From Phoronis australis (Eukaryota; Animalia; Phoronida), in assembly GCA_002633005.1 (NCBI GenBank), contig NMRA01001045.1, positions 620 through 64,619 of the forward strand: a stretch of 64,000 bases of DNA, given 5' to 3'. The notes under the pieces are model-generated. The model searched no databases, was not told the origin of the DNA, and was given only the letters and a program-made list of their open reading frames with translations. A program made the position numbers and the translations under genes. Below, piece by piece: positions 13,706 through 26,161 of this stretch. Position 1 is the first letter of the stretch. Every line of letters begins with the position of its first letter.

Positions 13706-14925
13706 AAACACGCATCGCTTCTTGAATAGAAAACTATTTACTAGATTTCATAAAAATCTGTCAAGAAACCTCAGAAAAACAAAGGAAAACAGAAAAAAAC
13801 GAAATTTTAACTAAGGGGCAAACCCTTCATTGGATCCGCCTGAAAGACGTCGCATTCTGTTGTTAGCTTCATATCAATACAATTACTAAATTTAATAATG
13901 ATCCTGCAATGGATTTAATGGATGCAGCTAGGGCCTCAAGACAAAATAAAACTACCACTAGGAGGGGCCACAGTAGTCAAGTCGTCGTTGTCAACCGTCA
14001 AACTGACAACATATACGCCAGTTTTCAAAACCATCCATAGAATAGTTTGGTTAATCAAGGGATGGACGCAAAAAAAATCGGAACGAAAACAGCCAAAATG
14101 GCCACTAGGTGGCGCAAGTCCATTCAAAGTTGGAGGATAGCATAATCTCACCAATAGATGCCTATATTCCGAATTTTCAGAAAATCCGTTGAGGACCATG
14201 GAAGATACAGAGTTAAAGGTAAAATAACTATAATTGCTACTAGGGGGCACGCCGGTAGTCAGATCCGTCCGAAAGTCGTCGTCGTCCGTTGTCAACAAGA
14301 TATAAATACACTAGTTAAATTCATTAAAGATCCTGCACACACATTAGGAGATACAGCCATGAACGCAAAAAAACAAAACTGCCACCAGGGGGTGCCACAG
14401 TAGTTGAAGTCGTAAGAAATCCTTCGTTAGCCGTCCTCATCATAGTGAGAATATACATGTACATGCCAATTTTGAAAATAATCCTTAGAGTGGTTTGGTT
14501 GAAAGAGAGGTGGACCCTAAAACAGTCTTAAAAACAGTAAAAATGGCCACTAGTTGGCGCAAACTACTTGGAATCCATCCGAAAACGGGAGGGTAGCGTC
14601 ATCTCATAAATATATGCCTATTTGCCAAATTTTATGAAAATACGTCGAGGACTCTTGAAGACACAGAGGTAATCGTAAAATAGTAATATTGCCATTAGAG
14701 GGCATTAGAGTCGGATCCGTCCGAATAATCGCTCATGCCGTCCGATTCATGAAAAGGAACAAAATTCCATGAACATAGGTCAAAGGATTTGGGAGATGCA
14801 GCATCCCACGCCGACCCCCTGACGCAGGACGGACGTCGGAATGACGCCGGACGGACACCGGACGGACGGATGGACGTACGGAGATGATGACATAATGCGT
14901 GCAAAGCAGGTGGCTGCACAAACAA
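13705..14925 (+). repeat. Second copy of the Helentron/HINE-like subunit array
   Basis: Motifs at about 13808, 13954, 14099, 14235, 14380, 14544 and 14690. A (GGAC)n-like microsatellite at 14821-14880 is followed by a short terminal hairpin (gtgcaaagcaggtggctgcac). Confidence 0.75.
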
Positions 14926-15726
14926 TCGGGTCGCAACGTGCGCCCGTTTTGTTACAACTGTGCCAAGTCTTTGTAAGAAGTCGATGCCAATCAGCGCCCA
15001 TCAATATTAAAGACCGTTACAACAGTAAAGGCCACTTCCAAAGTTACACGAACGTCGACGTCGTCGGTAAGTAAAACCAAGCCATGTTAATGCCAGTCGG
15101 CAAGTTCAAGACAAACGTTGTTGTTAACTATGAATCCTCCTAATTAAGAGAATACCGTGACGCTCCCTTCAAGTACTTGAGATTAGGGGCACTGAGCCCT
15201 TTTACATCGTCTACACCTTTATCATGCAACATACATGTTCAACACAAAATCATAAACAAGTCACAATACACTGGCGGTTCAGATCCTTACTCTTCGCTAA
15301 TTTACCCACACCCAAAATTTTGGACTAGTGAAATTTCATTTCAAGAAAAACTTCACAAAGAGTGAGACATGTTAATCTATTAATATATATTAAGCATTTT
15401 AGGCGATCCAGATGACATGAAAAAACGCACGGTTAAGCATTCATTATAAACAGCATCCTAAGAGGAATATAAAATTTCTGCAATTGTTTTTGTGCGAACT
15501 ACAGTAAGTAAAGAATTCCCGTAAAACAAATTTGCATATACTATTCGGTGCATAACGCAAAAATGACACCCAGGTAAACCCGGAAATTCTAAAGACCCCT
15601 TACGATCTGGAATAGATTTGCAAACATAATCAACCAACCTACATGTTGGAAGGTTTGCTCTTCATTAGGGACGAATGAGCTCGGAGTCCGGGCGAATGTG
15701 TACTTAGAACATTTTGTGATACTTAC

Positions 15727-15820
15727 CAGCAGCAGAAACTAGTAACACAAATGTCACAAACCTACAGAAACAAAACTGAAGGAATGGCACTGCGCCTCTC
15801 AATTCAACTAAATTTTCCAT
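15727..15820 (-). CDS. Gene A first coding exon (signal peptide)
   Basis: ATG at 15820. Reads MENLVELRGAVPFLQFCFCRFVTFVLLVSAA then G|gtaagt (phase 1), joining the kringle exon in frame (G+AT = Asp). The hydrophobic core ends in S-A-A. A paralogous exon lies at 26098-26161. Confidence 0.75.
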
Positions 15821-16117
15821 TTTGTCAGCTTTGAAATAGTCATAACCATCAGACCCTGCGTCTTTCGATCATTAACACGAAAGGACTTCTATTGAATGCT
15901 AAATGAAGTGTAACCTAGTTTATGTAGGCGTTACTTCTCGTGATGTATATGTAAGCACTTCATAGAATATTCTAGTACAGAGTTCATGAATATTTATTTC
16001 TCACTACATTGCTAACTTATCTCATACGACGCTTTGTTGGTTCAAGCGCACTAGATGCTTGTACGACTTTGGTTTCATTCGTCATCCCTTGGAGGTTTTG
16101 TGTTGCTGCGGCTTTTA

Positions 16118-16900
16118 CTATTTATTATTATTATTATTATTTATTAATGTAATATTTACAATGAGGGTAGCCCCATCAGTTCACACTGCTTTCCATGGGG
16201 GCCCTCAGTAAAAACGAACAGATAGTAAGACAAAAACAGAATTACAAAATGAAAGACAAATTTAAGTAATAAGCAAAGAATAAGAAATTAACATGGTAAG
16301 ACTGATGAAGCAAAATAAAAAATAAAATATGATAAATAAAAGACAAAGAAATTAAGACAGCATATTTAACTAAAAAATAAAAAATTAAAACTGACAATAA
16401 ATAATTCATAAAAGTAAGACATTATATAAATAACAAATGAATAAACATGCAATTCTTAGACACTACATGGAGTTAAATCTATTTCTTATAATTCTTTTAA
16501 AGGTTAGAAAGGATGATGTAGATTTGGCATCTGCAGGGAGAGTTCCATAAAAAGGGCCCGCTGTAGGAAAATGATTTTTCCCAGTCTCGCCTCTGCGTTT
16601 AGGAAGATTGAAATCAGATGATGATGAGGAATTAGTATTGTAGCGATTAGTAGTTATCTTAAACTTAGCACATAAGTAAGATGGGACAAGACCTTTAAAA
16701 CATTTGTACATACAACAAGCAGATAGGAATTGATGTCTTGTGTGAATATTCATTATATCAGTCTCTTTATGAAGATTTTCGATACATATAGCTTTAACAT
16801 CAGCTCCCAGAATAATCCGGGCCGCCCTATTTTGGATAACCTGGATGGTTTTCATATCCTTACTGTGTCTCTTTTCCCACATGAGGCTATTCTCTAAGTG
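16118..16900 (-). mobile_element. CR1/L2-group LINE 3' end with a (TAA)n tail
   Basis: ORF 16463-16882 reads IQVIQNRAARIILG..MYKCFKGLVPSYL..RYNT..FNLPK. It is followed by a T-rich 3' UTR, a GC-rich stem and a (TAA)n tail at about 16120-16146. Confidence 0.8.
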
Positions 16901-17799
16901 TGTTTGTGTGAGATTTTTTGATACTGACCATTAAGGTACTGTACACCTGTAGGTGTAACGAGGTAATTTTTGATTTACTGTGATGGGACGGGCTCTTGCA
17001 CGTTAGCGCGAATCACTATTCATATTTTGAAGTCCATTCTGACGTCTACTTGAAGCTATTTGTTGGCTAGTCGTTGATAGGCAAATATCCATGCGGGTTC
17101 AAAGAAAGACGTTAACAGTAACAAAAACACAGTTATCATTTGAGAACAAAACACATGAAAAACAAGATTGTTGTAAATCCAGATGGATAGATGACGTCGG
17201 AAAAGAATACAAGCTGCACGGTCACGAAAAGTCACAGTTTGAGTGGCATATTGGTACCAGTGCTCAAGTACCGCATAAAATTTACGGGGACAGCTGCTGT
17301 GAACAGAAGAAATAATGCTCTGAGAATTGTCTGCGAACTGGTCTTGCCCTTACAGGTATGTTTAACTGTTTTCGGCCAGATAGAATATTTTCTGAAGCTG
17401 ATAAACATACTATAACCATATGGATTCTCTACCGAGGAACAGGGTGCATTAAAAGTTGATCATAGTAGAAACTGAAAACTGGCAAATCAGAACCTCTTTC
17501 AGTAAATGTTGTGTCTGCCTATGGCGTTCTTGATAGTGTTATTATTCGTTCTGGCACACACAATGATGTGGCGTAGTCTCTACAACCTTGTCCTGAATAG
17601 TCAAATTACGTATGTTCCTTTAAAGAATGCATGTCTGGTGGTTGGTCTAAAGTTATTAAGCCAGGTATGTTTGAAGACATCATTCATCACTTCTGGGTTT
17701 ACATCCGCCTACACATCTACAAAAGTTTGTACGGAGCTTACTTAAACATTTGAGATTCTGCAATTCACCCACAAGCTAATCCGAACGCTCGAAAAACAA

Positions 17800-18125
17800 T
17801 CACAATCTACTAACTATGCATACACAAGCATGACCGCTAACCTATGACCCTGATGATCTAAACCTGTTGGTGGTAATGGAATCTCCAATGAAAGAGCGAG
17901 CCGTGGTTGATAATGGCAAGACAGTGGAGAACCGAAAGGACATTGTTCCAGAAATCCTTGCTGCCCAAGCATGAAACTTTCTGGGTTCAACACTATTGCT
18001 TGTTCTTATGGAATCGGAAAGAGTTCGGAAAGTTGTAAAAAGTTGCCACTCCATAAACAGCCTCGTTTTGACTGCCTGCTTCAGTTGTAAAGAGGTCAAT
18101 AATGAAGATGTGTCCTTTGTTATGA
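17800..18125 (+). mobile_element. Degenerate AcademX-like (XPG nuclease) fragment
   Basis: The plus-strand translation DNGKTVENRKDIVPEILAAQA resembles the region before the HAxxGCD motif of the 35630-36905 protein. A frameshifted YGIGK follows. Confidence 0.45.
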
Positions 18126-18148
18126 ACTTAATATATTTGCTTAAATCC

Positions 18149-18310
18149 TAGTCAGTCTCTACGGTGGCTTAATATAGACTCGCTTGAACTCTACATACAG
18201 TCTCCTATCTTCCTGAATGTTATTGTGCAGCCAATCAAATGTCTGTCGGAGATTTACTACACATCTGCTCGCCGGAAGATAGGAAATTATATAGAGAGTG
18301 CGACTGACTA
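18149..18310. mobile_element. MITE with TAG...CTA termini (Academ-type ends)
   Basis: tagtcagtc...ctctacatacagtctcctatcttcc is the approximate inverse of ggaagataggaaattatatagagagtgcgactgacta. Confidence 0.6.
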
Positions 18311-19646
18311 GATGTAGATATTAAGCTGTCCAAAAAGTGCCGTGTGACTTCAACCAGCATTGTGTCATGTTTTAAATTTTAATGAACAGAACAGTGGTTG
18401 ATTATGAACTCCCCAGTCTTAACTCACACGTCAGTATTGCCTTTCCCTCACTTTTTAACCCCATCCTGGGATGTGAATTGCCAGTCCCTATTTTTCTGTG
18501 GCTCTATCGGTTTGTGCTAACATTGCCTAAACTTTTGTATTAGTTTGCATAAATTATCAACATTCTCTGTATAGAAACATGAACTTACGCAATAATGTGC
18601 AAATGCAACTAATTGATACTTAAATCCGCGTGCAACGTAAATAGTGGAGGTCATATTTATTTCATTGCAGCATGCGATGTTTGTTTCCTTTTTCAGCATT
18701 TTGTGAAATGAGTGTTTCTCATGTTGCAACATATAGGTAGTGTAGGGCTCATTGCTCCTTCTCTACTCAGTACAGTATCACCTGTGTACTTTTTTGGTTA
18801 CGGTTTCCTACCGTAATATATCATTCTCCACTATAATGACAAGCTAAGACCTTGGCAATTTATCTCAACTATAGATATTGGTTTAAACAATGTGCCAGAG
18901 AAAAATCAAGTTTTGATGTAGGTATGGTCAATAGTGTCCCGTTGCAATCATAACACAAGTCCCTAGTCGATGCCCGACCTTAACGGTGTTTTTCTTATTT
19001 TGCCGGCCAACATTTTAGCTTGAATGCATTACACACCACCTTAATTATTTTTGTGTCCCTAAAGATTACGAGTATTTGTACTGTCTTTTTGTACATTGTT
19101 TTTGTACAGTTTCAATATCTTAGATAGTGTTTAGTGAAAACCTATTGGAACACCTGAAAAATTGTCCCCCGAGGCGCGCTAGCCACATACTGAACTATAA
19201 ACATTGCAATTAATCTATCTGCCATTCTCTACTCGCCTAGGCTTTGAATCTAATTTCTATGTCAGAGGTTCGCGGTCGGAAGTCGTGACCTTTTAAAAAA
19301 CGTGGAGTCATTCTTGTTAAAATAATGAGTTTTAAGCAAATAGTCTAGCTTACTACACATCGTATCATGATTATCATCCACCGTGGAAATATCGTCTGCT
19401 AAAATAGGTTACTACTGTTTACTAAGTATACATGTAATGTCTAAAGGTTTCCCACGACATTTTACCTACATCTAAACTGAAGATCGGTGATTTACAAGTT
19501 AGAGCAAATGACAGATACATTTTATTCAATTAAAGGTGTTGTTTTTTTGAAATTGTACGTCTTATTTTTCACAATGTATAAATACACAAAACGTACAAAA
19601 AGTGGTGTAGATAAAATAATATCCTACGAGAATAATGTCGTGTGGG

Positions 19647-19813
19647 TTATTACTCTGCGCGTGTGAGCGCAGAGTACTGTTGTTCCTGGGTTTTCTTCAA
19701 TTTTATTACTCTGCGCGTGTAAGTGCAGAGTACTGTTGTTCCTGGGTTTTCTTCAATTTTATTACTCTGCGCGTGTAAGCACAGAGTACTGTTGTTCCTG
19801 GGTTTTCTTCAAT
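19647..19813 (+). repeat. Three tandem copies of a 56-bp hairpin-bearing unit (start of a Helentron/HINE-like element)
   Basis: ttattactctgcgcgtgt(g/a)ag(c/t)(g/a)cagagtactgttgttcctgggttttcttcaatt starts at 19647, 19703 and 19759, followed by (tattct)n. Confidence 0.9.
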
Positions 19814-20413
19814 TGTATTCCTCTTATTCTTATTCTTATTCTTATACTTCTTCCGACAAACTTCGAGGCTTAATATCTCCAAAATGGGTGCAGGTACGTT
19901 CTTTAAATTCAGCATATGAGTTTTGACAGTACATTAATTTTGATTCGTTATAAAATAGTATTCCATTTTGCACCGGAAGAGGTCGTTTGGTGCAAAGGTC
20001 ATATAATTTTCAAAATGCTACTCCTCCTTCAGTTTTTTAAGCTATCATTTTCAAATTCGGTGCACAGGTATAAGTCAACACGACAACTTAAAAAAATACT
20101 TTTCTAAGTAATCGAATGTAACGATTTATTACTTAAAAAGAGATAACAAATATGAAAACAACGATAACTTTGCACATCTCCTGAAAATAGTTGTTAACAA
20201 CAATAGTTGATGTTGTAGTTACCGAGGAATCGGCGCCTGATTTGCAGATGATACAATATTTAGTAATTGAAAACTGAGATAGAACTGTCCTGTAATTAAT
20301 ATTACTATCTATTCCAGCTACAACGATTGGGATCTGATTAAATGTTGAGTGGTATTTACACTGCTGCAACTGTATTACTTTAAACTATTTTCCGAAAATT
20401 TGATGATCGAACC
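19814..20413 (+). repeat. Body of an interspersed repeat that resumes at 24529
   Basis: The reverse complement of about 20110-20413 aligns with about 58130-58310 and 58930-59100. Segment 24529-24650 aligns with about 58005-58170. Confidence 0.6.
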
Positions 20414-20419
20414 AGTAGA

Positions 20420-21420
20420 CCAATGAGGGAATGGAGGTCGCGAAGAGTAACCTTGTGGCGCTTCTGGAAGTCGAGGAGGAGGTTGGAAGCTCTATCCACC
20501 TTGTCCTGTGGGAGAGAAGCTGTCATGGTGGCAGAGTCGAGGTGGATGTCAAATGGTGATGGACGTGGTCAGCTGAATTGTCTTGTCGTGGTTGATAGGG
20601 ATGCCTAGGGAGTCGCAGAGTGATATGAATGCGGCGAGGTCCCGGGAGCATGTCGGCGAGGAAGGGGGGGGGGCGCAAAAAAGAAGTCATCGAGGTAGTG
20701 CGAAACGCCGGTGACCTTCAACTTGGTTTCCTGGATCCATTGAATCGCAGAACTGACCTTCTCCAAGATGTTGCAGCTGGAGGCACAGCCAAATGGCAGG
20801 CACCTGTCGTAGTAGAAGTTGTTGGCCCGGGAGAGACCTAAGAGGTGGTTGTCGTCAGGGTGCACCGGTACGATGCGAAAAGCGTCCTTGATGTCAGTCT
20901 TAGCCATGAAGGAGTGGCGCCCAAATCGTTGAACCAGGCGGATAGCGTCCGTGATGGATTGGTACTGGACTTGGGAGAACTGAGTGGGTATGAGGGAATT
21001 AACTGAGTTAGAGTAACGAGATGGATATGACAAGTTAAGAATGTGACGGTATTGTAAGGCCCCCTGCGGGCAAACCGCCGAAATAGCATTGAGCGAGCGA
21101 GGTATTATAAAATTTGAAAGAAGAGGTACAATCCCTTGGAGGGATAGAAGATTAACTAGGGGTTGCGTAAGCCAGAAAAAGAGAAAAACCTCCAAGTAAC
21201 CGCCGAAATAATGTATAGTTGGCAGGGATTAAGCCCTCCTGAGGTCAAACCGCCGAAAGTGAAAGAATTGTGAATATGGGGATATAATAATCCCATGAGG
21301 AGCAAAGAACCCCGTTGAGAAAATACCGCCGAAAGGAGTGATTATGACATCGCATTATAAGGCACCCTGTAAGAAGCAAACCGCCGAAAATGAATATTTA
21401 GAACGAGATGTAAGGTAGGA
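20420..21420 (-). mobile_element. DIRS/Ngaro tyrosine-recombinase retrotransposon RT fragment
   Basis: ORF 20605-21195 reads YRHILNLSYP..MAKTDIKDAFRIVPVHP..YYDRCLPFG..HYLDDFF, which are DIRS/Ngaro-type RT motifs. Confidence 0.85.
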
Positions 21421-21957
21421 GCCCAGGATATAAAACGATACAAAAAGGTACCAGGAATAACTGAAAGGAAAGGGAGGACGAGGGAAGTGGGGTGGGGCGG
21501 GATTACATGGTGAGAAGGCCCAGTTCGCCAAGGTGGTGACCAATGGCCACGTAAATGCTGAAGGCGCTTTTATGAAGGCCTCAGTGGTTAAAGTGGATCC
21601 CGTGCGCGCGGTAGAGGTGGTTGGGGTTAGCCCAGAAACCTCCCATGTGAGTCAAAAAATAAATGTGTGGCTCTTGGGACACGAGAGATTTAAGGGATGA
21701 GTTGAAGGCGAGAAGGCGAGAACGAAAGCTTCTCCCTGCGTGTAATCGGTGAAACGCCTGTCCGGCTAGGACACGACGGACGTCGTAGGCAATTGATCTA
21801 TCGCCAGGATTATGACGGACGGCTTAATTAACCAATCAGAACGCAGCATTCTTGGCACACCTTCGTCTGCATTTCCAAACCGCCATTTTACCCGACAAAC
21901 CACACGTAGTCGAGTTAAACTTACTAGTTTATAGCTCAAGAAATTGTCCGCTAAGAA

Positions 21958-22170
21958 TTGGGAAACGGTGTTGATATGGCATGTGTAGCACCGACAGCCG
22001 TTATGCTGCTCCAGAATAATATCCCGTCATTTTTGGCATGTCCTAAGCCGAAAAATGATGTTGAAAAGCGTAAACTATGGATCAAACTGTACGGCCACAA
22101 GAGCAGCTGAATTTAGAGATGTTGCTTGATAACTGGAAGGCTATAATAAACACAAATATATTAGTTCCAA
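21958..22170 (+). pseudogene. Degenerate THAP zinc-finger of a DNA transposon
   Basis: With frameshifts it reads KRC*YGMCSTDSRY...CPKPKNDVEKRKLWIKLYG..QLN, a THAP N-terminal pattern. Confidence 0.5.
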
Positions 22171-23799
22171 GATACGCACTTTTCAGCTTGGTGGCTATGG
22201 TGCAGGACTATCTCAGATTTTGACTCCCGAGTTTCCTATGTCTGGCTGCCTTTGTTTCGGCACCTGCTGGATCTCAGCACTCTAGCGGTAGTCCCCGGAA
22301 ATTCTTGTTTTCAAGGACATTTTTATTTTATGTTCTTTTTTTATTTATTTCAACCTAATGGACATTATTTTGTTTCGTGTCAGGGGTACATTTTTGTTAT
22401 TCATAAACCGTAGGCTGGCGTTCAACTGAACTTCTCTCCCGGTCAAAATTCAATCGGCACAGGGAAGGGCACTGGATTACTGCCGGAACTCAAAGCCTTG
22501 GTTGAGCTGTTGTCACTAAAAATAAACTGTTGAATTACTTTTTGACGCGTACCTCTAGTATACACTGTGTCTGTAGCCTCGGAGTTAGAGAGAGCTCATT
22601 TTGAAGTTGTTCAAACATGATATTTCGATTTATGAAGCTATAAAAAAGAATTTGAGTTATTTTTGTAAATGCCCTATTTTTGCAACTACCACACCAGACT
22701 TGTAATCTTTTGTAACCATACCACGACTTAGCGATCATGCTACATGTACCTTCAAAATTAAATGAAAGCTTCCTTTATGGAAAGAAACTACAAAAAATGC
22801 CAAGTTCATAAGAAGGTAGGCCCAATGTAAATGTCTTAATGGTGCAAACGGACAATTCCATGGGCTGCCGCAAGCAAAATGAAACAGCAAGAGCATGAAG
22901 CGTGAGGAAATATTGAGTTCAGTAACTAGGACCGGTAGCGGAAGAGGGAGGCTCAGACCCCAGATCGCAGCGAATCGTGTTCCTGTATTTTTCAGTCCAC
23001 TGGTAGATTTTTTGAACAGAAGGTCCAACGGTCTTCATTCTTGGCCCCTGCAACTTTCGGGCCGCCTGTGCACATACAATCGCACTTTGCCCAATTCCAC
23101 GAGGCAACATATGTTGGGCCCCCTTGTGGTTTCCTACATCCGCCATTGAATTCCAGACATTAATTTGACTTAGACACAGCCCTAGACCTACCGGAGCTAA
23201 CTGTTTGCCAAAGACGAGATGAGTGTGTACCTGAGCTATGAATCTGAATTTTATTTTTTTATCAAAATATTTCGTTACAAGATTAGAAAACCGTAAACAG
23301 TGCTATCGAATCGACCTAGTCAGAGACTATAATGCATGTGTTGTCTGTTATCTATAACCTACTCTACTCCAGGAGTACCACCAGTTGTGACCTACTTTTC
23401 GTTTGGCGAAACTTAGCAGTCGACAGAATAAAAATATCGGTGAATCTTCACTGATTTTATTCGAAAGATCATGAAATCTATGGAATCGTACAGATAATTC
23501 GTCTTTAAGGTACATACCCAGCTTTACATATCGTATCAGTGGCTCTGTCATTTGTCAGGTGAAGGTGGCCCGAGCCCGAGGCGGCCGAGGGGTTCTTCGG
23601 ATTTTCGCTAGCTGTTCGAGCACTTATTTTTTCCTCGTCACCTTTACAAATTTCCATATCATGAACGTAAGTTTCTCTGTTGAAAAATATCGCCTCTTGT
23701 AGTTTTCAAATAGTGCAAACACTCATCGATTCCACCAGGAACGTCGTTTAGCGACAGTGTATTTGCCTCTAACATCTCGTTCGATTGTCGGGTATCACG

Positions 23800-24142
23800 T
23801 GACTTTTTGCATAGGGGCGGAGCTTGCACTAGGTCAATTAACAAAAAAAGATGGAAAGAAACAAGGTGCGAGGCCAAGGCATGGGCTTCGATGGAGGTGG
23901 AGTGGAGGTCATTCCCTCCGATCTGGAGAAAAACGAGGTTGGGAGGGGAACGAAGAAGGGAACGGGTGGCCGGTTGGATGGTCTTCGGGCCGAGAAGAAG
24001 GGTCCCGCCCGAGATGCCTAGGGACGAAATGGTGACCAGGGAAGGTCGGAAGCCGTAGTTTTGGAGGTAGCGGGCCTGTGGACACGAAGTTGTGCAGCCA
24101 AAGAACGTACGAACTGCCAAGGATGAGAACATGGGGCGACAT
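23800..24142 (-). mobile_element. SGNH-hydrolase ORF remnant (Ngaro-type accessory ORF)
   Basis: VLILGSSYV (block I), LGISGG (block II) and VFLQIGGNDL (block III) are split over two frames. The coding strand is C-rich like the nearby RT. Confidence 0.7.
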
Positions 24143-24734
24143 GAGGTATAACGTGGATGAAAAGGTTGATTAAAATCAAAAACGTGACTTTCCTCCAAAA
24201 GGACGAAGAAAAGCAGGGGAAAGAGAAGTGGCAAAGCGTCGGTTCCACTTTCTCTTTTCTCATATACATTTCCTGTTAGGTGTTTTCAATTTTTTGTTCA
24301 TGTTCTGTACTTTTCCTTTAAGCCCTTTAGGCAGTTCTTTTGTTTTGTTCCCTCTTTCAGGGCTATTCATTGTACACGCCGGTGGGCGTTTTGTCCATGC
24401 AAATCTTGCAGAGTCTTAGTTAGTTTTATCTATTTACGTCATAATGAATGACATTGTTCGCAATCCTCCTCTTGTTTTACTCTGCAACATAGCTCGTGGC
24501 GTACCCCGGGCAAAATAGTTTACGATAAAAACTATTTTCCGAAAGTTTGATGATCGAACCGGCTAATGACGTCCAGTAGTGCGGGAGGTGAATACGGAAA
24601 ATATTATTACATAGCCGTATTGCACTCGAATGATTCAACGCATATGGGACAAATATCGATGCAATGCTGTTTGTTGAACATGCGATTATTACGTGTCCTC
24701 TTTAAAAATTATATTTTCACGCAAGATGACGTCA

Positions 24735-24810
24735 GCTGCTGACTAGCTCAACCTTAAGGCAACGGCTCTCGAGTGAAGCGCGTTCGAATCCGACCTCGGG
24801 TTCTGCCAAA
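24735..24810 (+). mobile_element. tRNA-derived SINE head (decayed)
   Basis: An A-box-like tagctcaa and a B-box gttcgaatcc occur at tRNA-like spacing, but there is no complete cloverleaf. Confidence 0.45.
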
Positions 24811-26097
24811 ATGTTGTTCAACCCTGGTCGATTAACGAAATGTGTTATTCAACGTTTGTAATGGCCATGTCAGGCTAATTTTGTGATATAATGCGTTTTA
24901 TTTCTCTATTCAAAATTTTTCAAGAAAACTTGTATTGAAAATGTAACAGTTGTATAATTTGGAAAGAACGTAACGCCTTATTCATTCAATTTGTGAAAAT
25001 ATGGTTATGTATGACCTTATTGACAAATGAATAGTTGACTTAAAACTAAACTGCCGTTCAGAAACTCTCGTGACTATGATTTTAGTAAAATTTAGGAATT
25101 AATGAAGATACATTCATAGTCAAAATCATTACCAATTACATAACCCAATTTGGTATGATAAAAACGTTCAAAATAAAATCTTGGAAACTCTTACATATCT
25201 TAATGCTATTTTCGTTTTTGTTCTGTGCAACTTTATTTTTTTTCATAAAGATTGTCCAAATTTCTGACAACGCCTAATGCAAGAGGGACTTCTGTAGAAC
25301 ATTGTATAAAGCATAGTAACTGAACGTTTTATGTGCCGGAATACGATCAGCCATTTCCGAGATACGATGTTACGAAGTATTCTTGGGTCCAACGTAAACT
25401 TACATAATACAAAATAGTTTATGCCATTTATTCATGTTCTTGGTTTAAAGTTTGCCAAAAATAACAACTCAGGAAAATTGCAACGATATAAGGATATACT
25501 GTACTTCAATTGGGGATATCGAGTTCTTTTGCATCGTCTACACGTTCATCTCATCGCTATTTTAATCATATCTTCATGCAACACTGCATGAATTACCCTA
25601 GAATTGTGCTACTGCCGTCCATTTGCAGTCACCAAACAGTGTGTCCTACAGAACATGCTAAAAGCAAGTCAATGAGGTGAAAACCTGACTATAGTGTTTC
25701 AACTTTACAAACTCGACAAGTGGACACAATTTGGTGGACGAGTGAAGTCCCTTATCTTAAAATTGCGTAAACATTGGGATTCATTTTAGTTTTTATTAGA
25801 TTATGCTGTGCAGAAGTCAGAAAACAAATGATGATAAACATTCCTTATTTTAAACGTGATTAAATCACGGAAATTTGTGAATTTCAGAATTTCATTGGTG
25901 CGAAATAACCGAAGAATTATAGCATATGCCTTGACGCAAACAAGTCATCCAGAAACACGAAATTTGAGTATCCTTGTTACGATTAGTAATGGTTTTTGGA
26001 AGAGTAACCAGAACAAAAGTTGCAAGATTAGGCTCTTTAGTACCGGCCTGAAACAACTATCCAGTTGTACTTAAACTTCTGTGATACATATACTTAC

Positions 26098-26161
26098 CAA
26101 CAACACAAACCAGTGTCATAAATGTTACAATCATCAAAAAATGAAACTCAAGGAATGTCAT
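26098..26161 (-). CDS. Orphan or alternative signal-peptide exon paralogous to gene A exon 1
   Basis: ATG at 26161. Reads MTFLEFHFLMIVTFMTLVCVV then G|gtaagt (phase 1). The flanking 25500-26200 aligns loosely with 15175-15845. Confidence 0.6.

Noticed and set aside
19647-19813. Palindromic direct repeats resembling a CRISPR array
   Set aside because: The units are contiguous with no unique spacers, there are no cas genes, and the context is eukaryotic.
24735-24810. Possible tRNA gene
   Set aside because: Only A/B-box-like motifs are present, and the acceptor and anticodon stems cannot be formed. Treated as a SINE head.
25597-25645. Possible small exon after the orphan signal exon (ctgtag|GACAC...|gtaatt)
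   Set aside because: It is 49 nt long and has an in-frame TGA in the required phase.
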